DNA of 63,972 bases, counting the filler, from Octopus bimaculoides (Eukaryota), in assembly GCF_001194135.2 (NCBI RefSeq). It is 4 parts of 3 records of this genome, joined end to end, with 100 filler letters (N's around TTAATTAATTAA, not from the genome) between each part and the next. Parts side by side here need not be neighbours in the genome. Positions count along the whole stretch, not along the records: positions 1 to 30,586 come from NC_068981.1; positions 30,687 to 53,618 come from NC_068986.1; 2 more parts are not named here. One strand, written 5' to 3'. The notes under the pieces were generated by a model. It was not told the DNA's origin. It did not search any database and saw nothing but the letters and a program-made list of their open reading frames with translations. The translations under genes were made by a program, and so were the position numbers. This document shows, in pieces, positions 25,110-37,445 of this stretch (positions are counted from its first letter, which is position 1; each line of letters opens with the position of its first letter).

Positions 25110-26605
25110 GTGCGTGTGTGTGCTTAATATGAATGTATGTGTCCGAGATATGTAGCTCTTAACAAGCAAGCGTTGTCTTTTATGTTTTGCCCAATGGGGA
25201 TATTCTGTATTCTTGCTTTTATTTCTCGTACCACACGCATGCATACGCACACGCACACACGCTGTTTATTGGGTGATGATGATGGTGGTGATGGCGGTAG
25301 TAGTGGTAGTGTGGGGTGAGATATTTACGTTGTGGGAAGTTCAAACCGAAACGTATGTTAAAGCAACCGATTCTTTTCCTTCTTCTTGTAGTTGATGTTG
25401 CTGCCACTGCTGCAATTTCTATTCATTCTTAGAGTCTTCTAAGTGTTGACACTGTCACATCCATGACAGACAACTAACTGAACCTTACGGGGAAAACTGT
25501 CTTGGATTTCTTTGAGTAGGCGGGAGGAGTGGGGNNNNNNNNNNNNNNNNNNNNNNNNNNNNNNNNNNNNNNNNNNNNNNNNNNNNNNNNNNNNNNNNNN
25601 NNNNNNNNNNNNNNNNNNNNNNNNNNNNNNNNNNNNNNNNNNNNNNNNNNNNNNNNNNNNNNNNNNNNNNNNNNNNNNNNNNNNNNNNNNNNNNNNNNNN
25701 NNNNNNNNNNNNNNNNNNNNNNNNNNNNNNNNNNNNNNNNNNNNNNNNNNNNNNNNNNNNNNNNNNNNNNNNNNNNNNNNNNNNNNNNNNNNNNNNNNNN
25801 NNNNNNNNNNNNNNNNNNNNNNNNNNNNNNNNNNNNGTGAAGAACCCGGATTAAATTATTTAACATATGGTGTGTCTCCTGCTTTGGTGTGTTTCCTGCA
25901 CCCGCATCTCCACTTGTCCCTTTTTTGTGGTTATTTAGCAGCTCTTATATTCACCAGGAGGTGTTCTTTCCTTTTTCCTTCTCTCTCTTTTTTTTTTTTT
26001 TTTTTTTTTTTGGTGGGCGATATTGGGGGTAGTCAGGAGTAAGTCAGGGTTGTGATATATAAACAGCAGTGATGTCACGGAGTCGGTTCAGTCGACCATA
26101 TATTAACTCCCTTTTCGCACCACCACCGTCATCATCCTTATCAATTCTTTTCCACATCACAAATAGGAACATCACTGCTTGTCGTGAAGCTTTAGGATTT
26201 GTATGTAAGGAAACAAAATTATCGTTGAAGGTCATCGTCGGTTGATAGTGGGTACAAACATTAGAAAAAGACGAAAACACTTTGAAGCAAAAAAAAAATA
26301 ATAAATAATAATAAATAAAAACGGAGTGAGTTTAGTTTGTTTATCTATTTGTTTGGGGAAGAAGCTAAGGTCTCTAGGTTCGATATATTACTGGATTTAG
26401 ATTTTCTTCCATTTCCCCTAATACGTGGCAAAATAAGTGATTTTGAAGAGATTCGTCAGTTTAAGCAGCCCTGCAAGAGAGATCGACTGCTGACCCATTC
26501 ACTACACCACCTAGGACTAATGTAAGGGTATAATAAATGAAAATGAAGAGGTAGCCGTTTATCAATTCATGTTACATATGTTTCAATAGCATAGTAATTT
26601 ATTAC

Positions 26606-27153
26606 ATACTAGCAATAAATCCCGGCGTTGCCCGTATTACAATTGTTCATCGCTGCATGTCCAATATCATTTGACTGTTTAGGTAAAAGGACAAAAGAGC
26701 ATATACTCGATTGGTTGAGAAAAGAAGACACTGCTTCAGAAGTATGCCTGATTCTCGGTCTACTTTCTACACCAAAGACGATATGGATAGACTGTAGGCG
26801 CTGGAAAGAAGTCTTCCTTTTTTCGATTTGTTCTGTCTCTGAAAGGGAGTGCCCTAAAAGCATGCATTATTTTGCAACCTGTGACCGAGAGCCTAATGCA
26901 TGTTTATTTCAAATTTGAGCAAAATTGGGTATATGGTTCCGGAGATAAGTTCAGAAATGTCTTTTTTGAATTGGTTTTCCCGCCCTGTGCTCAAAGTAAG
27001 CAAAATTTGAAAAATCGATATACCAGGAACACCTCTTGGACCAAAATACATATGTGTATGAAATTTGGCGAAAATCGGACAAACGGTGTTGACGTGGTGC
27101 GCAAGCCCGCTCACAGACACATACACAGACATCCTCCGTTTTATATATATAGA
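26606..27153 (+). mobile_element. Non-autonomous Helitron/Helentron-like element
   Basis: Start TACTAGCAATAAATCCCGGCGTTGCCCG; 3' part ATGAAATTTGGCGAAAATCGGAC...(ACAG/ACAT)..TTTTATATATATAGAT, as in DINE-1/Lep1-like elements. Confidence 0.7.
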
Positions 27154-27364
27154 TAAGCTCCTATCAAAAGTTAGACTCGAAAGTTTGAAAGAAATATATC
27201 TAGGAGATTGTAAATGTAATAATTCGGAATTTTGTTACAACACTTAAAAATATGACAGTTAAATAATAAATACCTGATGATTTGGTGAATCGTATTAAGC
27301 TTGCAGAGCTTCTTAATAAACAACATTTTTTATCTTTCCTTGTGGGACATAAATAAGCAAATGA

Positions 27365-28730
27365 TTAGGATTGCCGACTCTTGAGCATCGCGCATAAAGT
27401 TGACCATGGGAGAAAACTGGTTCCGTAAGGTTCAGACCTACCACATCCAAGGACTGCCTTGTTAATGCTCATTGCAAAGCTCAGTTTCAACGGGAATTGC
27501 AGGCGCTTGTACTGGAAAAACATATCCGAGGGAATAAGTGGAATTCCAGAAATGAATACAGGCTCACCGCTTGCTTAACCAGTCAAACTTATTGTCTTCA
27601 AGACTGTTAGCATTACGTTCTTTATTATAAGCCGTGTGCCATTGCAAAGCTTTGGTGGATCGAGGTTTCGAAACCACATAACTGGTGCCCCAATCATGAG
27701 GTGGAAGTTGTGAGGTGGGAGGCCGGGTGGTGTTAGACTATTCAAGGATTCAACTGGATAATTCACAGCTTCATCGATGTTGAGTACAGGGTCAATGGAA
27801 TTATAGATGTAACATTCACCTGGCAGCTGTTTCAGAAGTTTGATGTTCAAATCATCAACTGCCGCATTCTTTGGAGCTAAAACGGCTCGGGTTTTCAGCC
27901 AGTTGTGGTCTGTAAACTGATTCCGCTGGTTAGGAAACACCTTATTCATTAATTCCTCTAAATCAGATACCATATGTCCAAAAGGCAAGCTTACCCGGCC
28001 ATCCTTCTCACCAACCAAAGTGCCATTGCCAACGTCCAACTGTTGCTTTGAAAAGGTTCTGTCTGCATCATCACCACTGAGCTGCAGTCTCATGTTGGTT
28101 GTGAGTCTCAGCTTTTGCACACTGCTCCATAAGTAGGACGACTTTATGCTGGCATTTACCTCATCAGCTCTTGTCCCCTTTGATACCACGGGAAGGTTTT
28201 GTCTAAAGTCTCCTGCAAACAAGACTGTATCACCTCCCTGGTGTTGTGTTTCAGATCTTGAAGGTCCATGTCAAGAGCTTCAAAGGAAACCTTATGGTTC
28301 ATTGTCGCCTCATCCCAGATGATCAACCTGCATTCACCCAGAAGTTTGCCCTTTATAGAACCACGACTGATGTTGCAGTTTGCCTTCTCTTTCTTGAACA
28401 GGGTCCAAAGGGAGTTTGAAACAGGAATGAGCTGTGCGACCACCACTTAGCATAGTTGAAGCTATTCCACTTGACGTCACTGCTATGGCAATGTGTTTCA
28501 TTAGGCGCAGTTTAGCCAGAAGGTTGCTGACAAATGTCTTGCCAGTTTCACCTGTAGCATCCAGAAAGAAAAGGCCTCCTCTTTCACTTTCAATGCTCGA
28601 AATAATGGTCTTATAAACACCCAGCTGATCTTCCATCAGTTTGTGTTCGTTATCAGCTATATACGCCGTCATTTCCTCGATGTCGTAGCTGATTTCTCGC
28701 AGGTACTCAATGTGAATCCTCATCCTGTTA
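27365..28730 (-). mobile_element. Helitron RepHel PIF1-type helicase domain, frameshifted
   Basis: DATGETGKTF (Walker A-like), IIWDEATM, FAGDFRQNLPV, LCNGTRLII, QFPLKLSFAMSINK, FSHGQLYARCSRV. Confidence 0.92.
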
Positions 28731-28794
28731 TAATGTGAATCCTCATCCTGTTATAATATGAATCCTCATCCTGTTATAATGTGAATCCTCATCC
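28712..28794. repeat. 23-bp minisatellite, about 3.6 copies
   Basis: Unit GTGAATCCTCATCCTGTTATAAT at 28712, 28735, 28758 (one substitution) and a partial copy at 28781. Confidence 0.95.
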
Positions 28795-28797
28795 ACT

Positions 28798-30586
28798 TGT
28801 ATATTATTGTCGGCACTGTAATATTCTTGTCGTCACTATTATGTTGTGGCGGTATTGCGCGTTTTATTATCTTTGACTCATCTATCGTGCTGTCGCTGAT
28901 AGCTCCGCTTGACAATGACTTTGAAACGTCTACCTTGACAGTATATACCTCGAACTCATATATAACACGTAATTGGCACTAACTCCAACTGAGAGCTTGT
29001 ACAACGACTCTTCTACTACTGACCTCCTACAACGACTGACTGTCTGACTTTATAGTGGTTCATCATACTACTTTGTCACGTAGGAAGGAGTGTACCATTT
29101 TCACTACAACATCTCCCCCTTTTAGTCTTTTTTTCCTTTGGGAAGCAAGTAATTTTATTTCACTTTATTCACCCCTCCTCCAACTTAATATATTTTCCTT
29201 CTGGCGTCTATTTGTAGGAACTCTGTGTTCTTCCTTTTTCTTCCACTTGTACGCGTGGGTTCAACGGTGTTGGTATCTCGAATGTGCCATACAGTCATTT
29301 CATAGGTTCTTCCAATCTGTCTTTTTCATTTTCTATGAATCTCTTCTTCAATTGGTTTCTGTGTCTTTTTTTCAATACCTTTTCTGCTTTTAATTCTGTA
29401 CATCGTTGTAATTTTTCCTTCTCAGTATTGTTTTTCATTTTTATACGACATCATGTACATCTGATCACTAATTTTGAAAAATTATGGATTGTCAATCCTG
29501 GTACTTCTTTCTTCGCCAGGTAACAGTTTAGCAAAAACTGATTTCACCTTCCTCGCGAACAACAGTTCAGCTGGTGAGCTTCCCTGTATACCCTTAGGAA
29601 TTACTGCAGAGCGACTTCGTTTGTGGTTTCCTTGTTAGCTTTACTCAAAGCTCTTTTAAAAGTGTTCATAAAACGCTCTACCTGTCCATTTGATCTTGGA
29701 TGGTTATGCGCTATCGTTTTATGTTCTGCCGTGAATATTTCGCAGAATTTTCTAAATTCACTGGACACAAATTGTGTTCCATTATCAGATACAATCACGT
29801 CTGGGATGCCAAATTTTGCGAATAATTCGTGCAAAACATTTATTGCCGCTGTGGAGGTTGGTCTTTTGCACAATTTCCGGCCATTTTGTAAAACTGTCAA
29901 CTAAGTTGTAATAACCATTTAACGAACCTGCAAAATCAACGTGTAGTCTGATAACAAACTATTTATTTTTTCTCGTTTGATCTAATTTTTCGTCATCTTA
30001 GTTCTGCAATGCGATTTAATGTGTTCTGTGCTCCCACAACGAAAACACTTCGCTGTTTGAACGGATATTCTTTTCTCATGTGCCTACTACTGTATGCTAT
30101 ACATGAGTTTATTTCCTGTTGTATATCGTATTTTTTGTGAAACATTTTATCCGTCTTCCGATTCTTCCATACTGGTTTTATCTGTAAACAATCTCTACGC
30201 CGGATTTCTTCTGTGTTGTGCCCTCCTTTTAATATTATATTGCACTCTTCTGACAGTTTCTGGAAAGTTATATCATGGTTCATTTCCAGCTTTGCGAGAA
30301 TTTTTGTTCTGACTTCTGCGTCCTTTTTAGCAGTAAGTCCCTGAGCAAAAATCAGGCACTGTTCACTCTACCCGCATATGTGGTAAGGTCTTCGTCATCG
30401 CTTTTCTTAGTGTTCAAACACTTCCAACGTGTGTTGTACAACGATGTTTTTTTCACTAAACATCCTATGGAAAATGTCAATTGTGTCCGTTTTTGTGATA
30501 TTTTTGCTGCTTTTTAATAAAACATATTACTCTACTTCTGGTATTTAAGTACTATTTTTTCCACCTTGTTTCGCATTTATGTGCTT
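28798..30586 (-). mobile_element. Gypsy LTR retrotransposon remnant: integrase fragment, PPT and 3' LTR
   Basis: LHVDFAG...LHELFAKFGIPDVIVSDNGTQFVSSEFRKFC...HPRSNGQVERF; PPT AAAAGGGGGAGA (29112-29124) abuts LTR 29111-28798, which begins TG and ends CA. Confidence 0.88.
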
Positions 30587-30686
30587 NNNNNNNNNNNNNN
30601 NNNNNNNNNNNNNNNNNNNNNNNNNNNNNNTTAATTAATTAANNNNNNNNNNNNNNNNNNNNNNNNNNNNNNNNNNNNNNNNNNNN
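30587..30686. other. Artificial scaffold spacer (44N-TTAATTAATTAA-44N)
   Basis: Identical 100-bp construct also at 53619-53718 and 60678-60777; it places stops in all six frames. Confidence 0.95.
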
Positions 30687-30930
30687 ATACAAGAATAAGG
30701 GCAGAGAATCGTCAATTAATAATAGAATTAATAATTAACAATTCTGCCAAGTAGTTCAGTATGAAAAAAACCTTTATCGGTAAGACTATTTATCATTATA
30801 AATATACAGGGATTAGCAATTGAGTTGCTTCTCCAACATACTGAAAATTTAGAAATAGCAGTCAAAGAACTACTGATTCCAAACTACAAATTTTCTCTAA
30901 AGTGGATGGCGATATTTATGGCACACATAT
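30687..30930 (+). repeat. Dispersed unclassified repeat (second copy 56638-56880)
   Basis: About 240 bp alignable by eye, e.g. GGGATTAGCAATTGAGTTGCTTCTCCAACATACTGAAAATT is identical in both. Confidence 0.85.
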
Positions 30931-32506
30931 ATACCTAGTGTATTCAAGTATGTTTCTAGTTTCGGACGACATCGAGGAGCGTTCAATTTGTACTATATTC
31001 AAGTAATTCTTAATCATAACCCGGCCGAAAAATGTAGGAAATTGAGTTACATGCACCAAACTGTCGTGTACATTAACAGACGGAACACCAGGTCATATTT
31101 TTTGAGCAAAATGCGTGCTGGTAAGGAAAACGATTCATATAGGTTTAAGGAAACAGTTCAGTGAAAATTACAGTTACCTTTTGCTCAGTTTGGATGGCAT
31201 GGACGGAAAACATCCATTGTTTATTTAGAATAGGTAAAACTCATTCACCTGATACGAACTACACAAACAAAAGAGTTGAGCGTTCACAAAATCGGCGCCA
31301 CAAAACGTTTGGCTTTCACAATACCATTACGTATGTCGGAAGAAAGACAAAAGGTGATGCTCCCTAGCTAAACATTGTGGTAAACTATACAAATATATGT
31401 ACATAAGCATGCCCAAGAACACACGTAAACACATTTGCATATGTTGGTGTACATCGTATACCTCTGCATATTACCTTTATAAAGAAGAACAATGATATTC
31501 CAGATTCATCATTCTAAACGCTATATCATTGCTGTATCTGAATTTACTCATTCTAATACTTCTCTCTACGTCTGTATTCGACTACGGACTACAGAAACAT
31601 AAGCATTCCATTGCTTTGAACTTCATTATGCAAGAGAAATAAGATCTAATGTTAGAGTGACTGTATGATTACCGGCTACCTTTATATATCAATAAATATT
31701 CGTAATGTATTCATACTCATCAAAAAAAAAAAAAAAAAAAATCGGGCCCTCCGCAACTGTGTTACACTACTGCAAAATGAAGGATGCCCTGTCATTTGTA
31801 CTTGAAATGATGGCTGAAAAATACAGATTGCTCCGCAAGCAACCGAAGGTAGCGAAAAATAACACAAATCTTTTAGAAATAAATATTTATTTATCCTGTG
31901 TCCACCAATTCGGTGTTAAGTGCTCAATGGTTGTAGTTATGTGTGATTACTAAAACAATTTCTTTAGGTGAGTAGTCCGGCAATATAGAAATGAAAAATT
32001 TATAAAGACATCGAAATATTATTAATAATTGTGATTTGAATGGTTTGATTGATAGCTGAAAAACAACTTGAATAGTCGTATTACAATCACCTATTCAATT
32101 GTTTTAGTCAGCAGATGTAATATTTTTCTCTATTTAGATGCACGAAAGTGTGATATTTTCCTGTCTTCAGCATCAAATGAGTAAATGACATGAAAAGGAA
32201 GAAAACGGATATTAATGAGGTTTTTGTCTTGGTGGATAACAAAAGGTGTTATCGTTTTGTTATATGGCAATATATAGGAAGTAAGATATTTTAGGCAGCT
32301 GTAAATCTCAACAGATGTGTCAATTCCAAATTCGGTCCAAAAATTACATTTTGATGCTATAATTTCCCGAAAGATAAAGATCACAACTATCTATACAATA
32401 CAAATATATATTCTATATGGTTTAATCGTTTTTAAAACTTTTATTCCTTAAAATCCAGTCATATATGGAGAATGTGGGAAGGCGTTGCCTCTTTCTGCGT
32501 ATCTGA

Positions 32507-32548
<42 letters not shown>

Positions 32549-32549
32549 A

Positions 32550-32770
32550 ATTTAAACAAGAACAAACAAGAAAAAACATGAAAAAAAAACGCGAAAAAAC
32601 AACGCGAGGACGTGGAAAAAGTACAGTGTTATTGGACGCTCAGGAAAGGAAAGAAAGGAAAGAGGATTTTAACGTTTCGATCGGAGATCTTCGTCAGAAA
32701 TATAGGAAACGTCCAAAGAGGGGAAGACGGAGAAAGGAAATCGCCAAATTTGCACGAAGCATTTTTCAAT
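32550..32770 (-). mobile_element. Non-autonomous repeat with minimal hammerhead motif (probable PLE derivative)
   Basis: Minus 32700-32667: TTT-CTGACGA-A-GATC-tcc-GATC-GAAACGTT-AAA. Confidence 0.55.
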
Positions 32771-33927
32771 GGAATTTTCAAGAACCGTTACATATGCTGA
32801 TACTAATATAGTTGCTTAAAATTTAAAATATAGACATATTGCCATTCATCGTTAGATTTAGTACAAGGGTAGTGTTTCTTAGTACTTAAAACCAGAATAA
32901 TGCCAAATATATATATATGTATTGAAGATAGATGCTCATATACAGTGACCATCAAACAGAATATACTCACCGCATCCTTCGTAGTAGCACCAATTGTATG
33001 AATATTTGCAACATAATGCATTTGACGTATTCAGGAAGATTTTCATTAACACAAATATTTCATTAACAATAATCCCTTTTCTGGCTCCTGTGTATTTTAC
33101 GTATATGATATATAAAAAACAATATCTTGCTTACTTACATAGGAATAATTGAGTGTATCAGTTACTTTCGAAGATTGCACGAATGTGTGACGCATTTGCT
33201 AATGGTCTTCTCTCAACCAATAAATTCTTGATACTTGAAGATGTTTCCAAATATAGAGAAATATATTGCTTCTATATTTTCATGGGACTTATCTATTTCA
33301 GTCATTTAAAAAATCGGTAACGTGAAATACAGAAATATGACTGGCAAGGCTTCAGGTTATAATAGTATAAACACTATGTTATGAATTGAGTATATTTTCT
33401 TCCTTTGACACCACAAACATAAATCAATATATATTATGGCTTATGTATACATGTATACATATCTGCATGCATGCATACATACATACATACATACATACAT
33501 ACATACATACATACATACATACATGTACGCATATATCGCACTTTATCGTCGCGGAAGAAAGCAATCTACTGCGAATTTCAAACTCAGATATCCGGAAGAA
33601 ACAAAAATTAAAAAAAAAAAACAAAAAAAAAAAAACAGTGACATGAATTTCTTGGCAAAGCGAGCAAACGGAAGGGAAATTATTCCTGAAATTTCAATTT
33701 AAAAATAGTTTACCGAATATATGTGTGCAAAATATATAAAATTATCTCTTCCTTTCCGTTTATCGACACAGGCTACGTAAATAAGTCACCTATCCAGGCA
33801 TAAGATATATTAATGGAGGGAGACATAGAACTAAGAATTAAAATATACAGAAGGAAAGAGGCAATTTCTGCATATCTGCCAGTGTCTCACTCTTACACAC
33901 TCTCATTCTCTCCTTCGGAACACGATC

Positions 33928-34015
<88 letters not shown>

Positions 34016-34887
34016 CACTCTTCCGTTATTGGTGGAATCAGCAAAAAAAAAACCCCTCTGTCCATTGAATGATACATATACCTTGCTGTATACAGGATTT
34101 AATTTTGAGCTACTATTAGATTCATGGTGTGAAAACACAATGGTCGGACAAGCTTGTATTGTGTGCTGTGTTTTTCCAAGCTATCCTCCATGCTCAAATA
34201 TACAACATGCCTGGTTTTTGAGGAAAAAGAAAAGAAGACTCTGAAAAAGGACACTGATCTTCCCCCCACCCCCCAAAAGGAAAAGTAAGTAGGAAATTAA
34301 GGCAAATGAAAAAGTGAAACAAAAAAGAGTAAAATTAAGAGTTGCTTTCCTTGGCGACACACTTGCTAAGAATGGAAATGGTTGGTGTAAATTCATCCAA
34401 TGGAAGGAAGGGAAAATTTGACGAGGTTTCAAGGTTAATCCGGTGAGGGTGGTGTTTTCTTGTTCAATAAGAAAAACTTGTTCTTTTGCTTACATGTATA
34501 ATAAAAAAAAATCAGGGCAAGATATTTGGAGGTGAGTAGAGTTCTTGGATTTAGAAAAGGATTAGAAATTGGCTAATTAAAGCTTGCGTCTCTTTCATCC
34601 ATCAATGTTTGGCGCAGAGCGACAGTTCTACGATAACCATTTAATGGTGTGTGAACAGGTACGGCTAGTTGACTTTCTGACTTTCTTTTTATACACGTGT
34701 CAGAAGGAAGATTGGTGGCTAGCATGTGATTTTATCGAAAGTCACTTCTGCATACACCAATGTTCTTTTTCTCTTGAATTTTGTGTTTCTGTTATTTTGG
34801 AGTACTGATCTGAATTCAGTTTTATGAAACATGAGCTCTAAGACACACAAGTATACAGATATACATGCACACATACGTACACACATG

Positions 34888-34920
<33 letters not shown>

Positions 34921-35676
34921 TCTCTCTNNNNNNNNNNATTCCCCCCCCCCCTCTCTATTTCTATCACACACACACACACACACACATACACGATGGACTT
35001 CTTTCAGTTTTCGTCGATCAGATTCGCTCATAAGGATTTGGTCAGCCCGGGGCCATAGTAAAAGATACGATGGGCTTCTTTTAGTTTCTGTCGACCACAT
35101 TTGCTCACAAGGATTTGCTCAGGCTGGGGCTATAGAAAAAGAAACTTGCCTAATATTCCACATCGTGAAACTAATTCGTGGAATATGTACTTGCAGAGCA
35201 AACTTCTCACCACACAGCAACGCCTGCGTCTATAGATTTATAAATTGTGTTTTATGCGAAGTTATTTATAAAAGCAGAATAATATTAAACTGAAGGCTTT
35301 AGAAATACGTTTTAGGAGAAAACTTATTTGCTAAATGCTCAGTCTCATCAGATAGCCTGATGACAGTTAGTAAGCCGAAAGTTCATGTCACTGTCAGCAT
35401 TACACCTTATATGTTTGTGAGTTTGTTTGTGTGTGCGCGTGTGTGAGTGTGTACGTGTGTGAGTGTACGTATGTACGTATATATTAATTATTCTTTGACA
35501 AGAATAGCATTGACAGCCGCTTTGAGATTTCGGCCAGCTAAGCCATCGACTGACTGTGATGCAGTCAAGTTACTCTTGGCTTTGCTATTCAATATTATAC
35601 TTGTTACCCAACAAAAGTATGAAGTAACCTTTCAGATCAATGTAAAATTCAGTTCTATATTTAAGAGATGAGGAAT

Positions 35677-35938
35677 TATTTACATTATTTACATTATTTA
35701 CATTTGACGGATATTTATCCTCATCTTGTTTGTTGTTAACACAACGTTTCGGCTGATATACCCTCCAGCCTTCGTCAGGTGTCTTGGGGAAATTTCGAAC
35801 CTGGGTTCTCATTCCTAACGATGTTACTATTATTATATTGTTATTATTATTATTCCTATTATTAATCAGGTCGCTGCCGTGAATCGAACTCGGAACCTTG
35901 GGGTTAGTAGCCCGCGCTCTTAACCACTACACCAACGC
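35677..35938 (-). mobile_element. tRNA-derived SINE family C, full length, intact hammerhead core
   Basis: Head TGGTGTAGTGGTTAAGAGCGCGGGCTACTAACCCC..GAGTTCGATTC; GACAC-CTGACGA-A-GGCTG..CAGCC-GAAACGTT-GTGTT at 35783-35738; (TGTAAATAA)n tail. Confidence 0.9.
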
Positions 35939-36062
35939 TAGGTTCGAAATTTCCCCAAGACACCTGACGAAGGCTGGAGGGTATATCAGCCGAAACGTTG
36001 TGTTAACAAACAAACAAGATGAGGATAAATATCCGTCAAATGTAAATAATGTAAATAATGCA
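35939..36062 (+). mobile_element. SINE family C 3' half, inverted relative to the adjacent copy
   Basis: Near-perfect reverse complement of about 35677-35800; core CTGACGA at 35964-35970. Confidence 0.9.
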
Positions 36063-36863
36063 ATGTAAAATTGTTTTTAATATAACTGAACACAAAAAAA
36101 AAAACTTGCATTTCTCCCCTGCAGTGAATTTACCTTTAGAAAATGAAATATGTCACAAACATATATTAACTAACCTAAAGTTCGCCAATGCCTAAATACT
36201 GTTTGGTGCTGGTACTGCTGAATTTATCTCGACCAGGCGATCCAAAAGCGCAAATTAATCGATGCTGTTGACTGCGCTTTAGTTAAAGCTGCGACTAAAA
36301 ATCTGCCCAGAGTTACCTGTCTTCGGTATTTCCCATTGATAACGTTTAAAGAGTTAGAAACGCCGCGTCTGGGAATCAGATAGGAGGAAGTACTGGGTAG
36401 ATATGGTATTTTTACATATTTAACAATAAGAAAGAATATTTTCACCACGGTAACTGGAGTGACTTTGCTTTTAGAAGTTGAAAAATGTCAGAAACATATT
36501 TTAACTAACCTAAATTGTACGCACACACACACACACACACACACACGCACAGAGGCACACCTCGGGCCAACTGAAGCCTTGTGAGTATATTTGGTAGAGG
36601 GAAGCTGAAGAAGCCTGTCATGTATATGTGTATGCGTGTGTGTATGTTATTGTGATTGTGTTTGTCACCACGACGGCCTGACAATCGGTGTCGGTGCGTT
36701 TACGCCCTAGTGGGTTAACGGTTAAGCAAAACAGACCGATATAATTAAGTATCAGGATTATGAAAATATTAAGTATAGGGGTCCATTTGTTCCACTAAAA
36801 TTCTTGAAGGCGATGACTAGCACAGCCGGGGTCTGGTGACTGAAACAAGATGTGAGCAATATA

Positions 36864-37027
36864 TAGGTGCAGGAGTGGCTGTGTGGTAAGTAGTTTGCTT
36901 ATCAACCACATGGTTCAGGGTTCAGTCCCACTGCGTGGCACCGTGGGCAACTGTTTTCCACTATAGCCCCGGGCCGACCAAAGCCTTGTGAGTGGATTTG
37001 GTAGATGGAAACTGAAAGAAGCCCGTC

Positions 37028-37067
<40 letters not shown>

Positions 37068-37197
37068 GTGTGTGTGTGTGTGTATTTTTGTGTGGTCTGT
37101 GTTTGTCCCACCACATCACTTGACAACCGATGCTGGTGTGTTTACGTCCCCGTAACTTAGCGGCTCGGCAAAAGACACCGATAGAATAAGTACTAAC
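36864..37197 (+). mobile_element. SINE family B
   Basis: Head, CORE-like region, internal (TA)n(TG)n and body as in 1771-2167. Confidence 0.9.
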
Positions 37198-37227
37198 TAT
37201 TTCATGACTACAATATTTTGTACTTTT

Positions 37228-37445
37228 AAAGCAGCGAGCTGGTAGATTCGTTAGCAGGCCGGGCAAATTGCTTGGCAGCATTTCGTCCTTATTTACGTTT
37301 TGAGTTCAAATTCCGCCGTGGTCAACTTGGCATTTCATTCTTCTCGAACGGTAAAATATGCAACAACTGAAAACTGGTGTTGATGTAAGCACATTACGTC
37401 TTCACCTGAAATTGCAGGTCTTGTGCCAAAATTTGAAATCAATAT
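37228..37445 (+). mobile_element. SINE family A
   Basis: GCGAGCTGGTAGATTCGTTAGC...GAGTTCAAATTCCGCCG...GGTCTTGTGCCAAAATTTGAAATC. Confidence 0.8.

Noticed and set aside
28712-28794. CRISPR-like array
   Set aside because: Contiguous repeats without spacers in eukaryotic DNA; a minisatellite.
32667-35783. Idea that the two minus-strand ACGU-type motifs heterodimerise in one pre-mRNA and cut the intron
   Set aside because: A dimer needs cross-pairing of stem I strands; GACAC/AAAAT and TATTT/GTGTT are poorly complementary.
35860-35935. Possible tRNA genes (also 3555-3620, 50505-50575, 59765-59830)
   Set aside because: Acceptor stems do not close and each continues into a SINE body; they are SINE heads.
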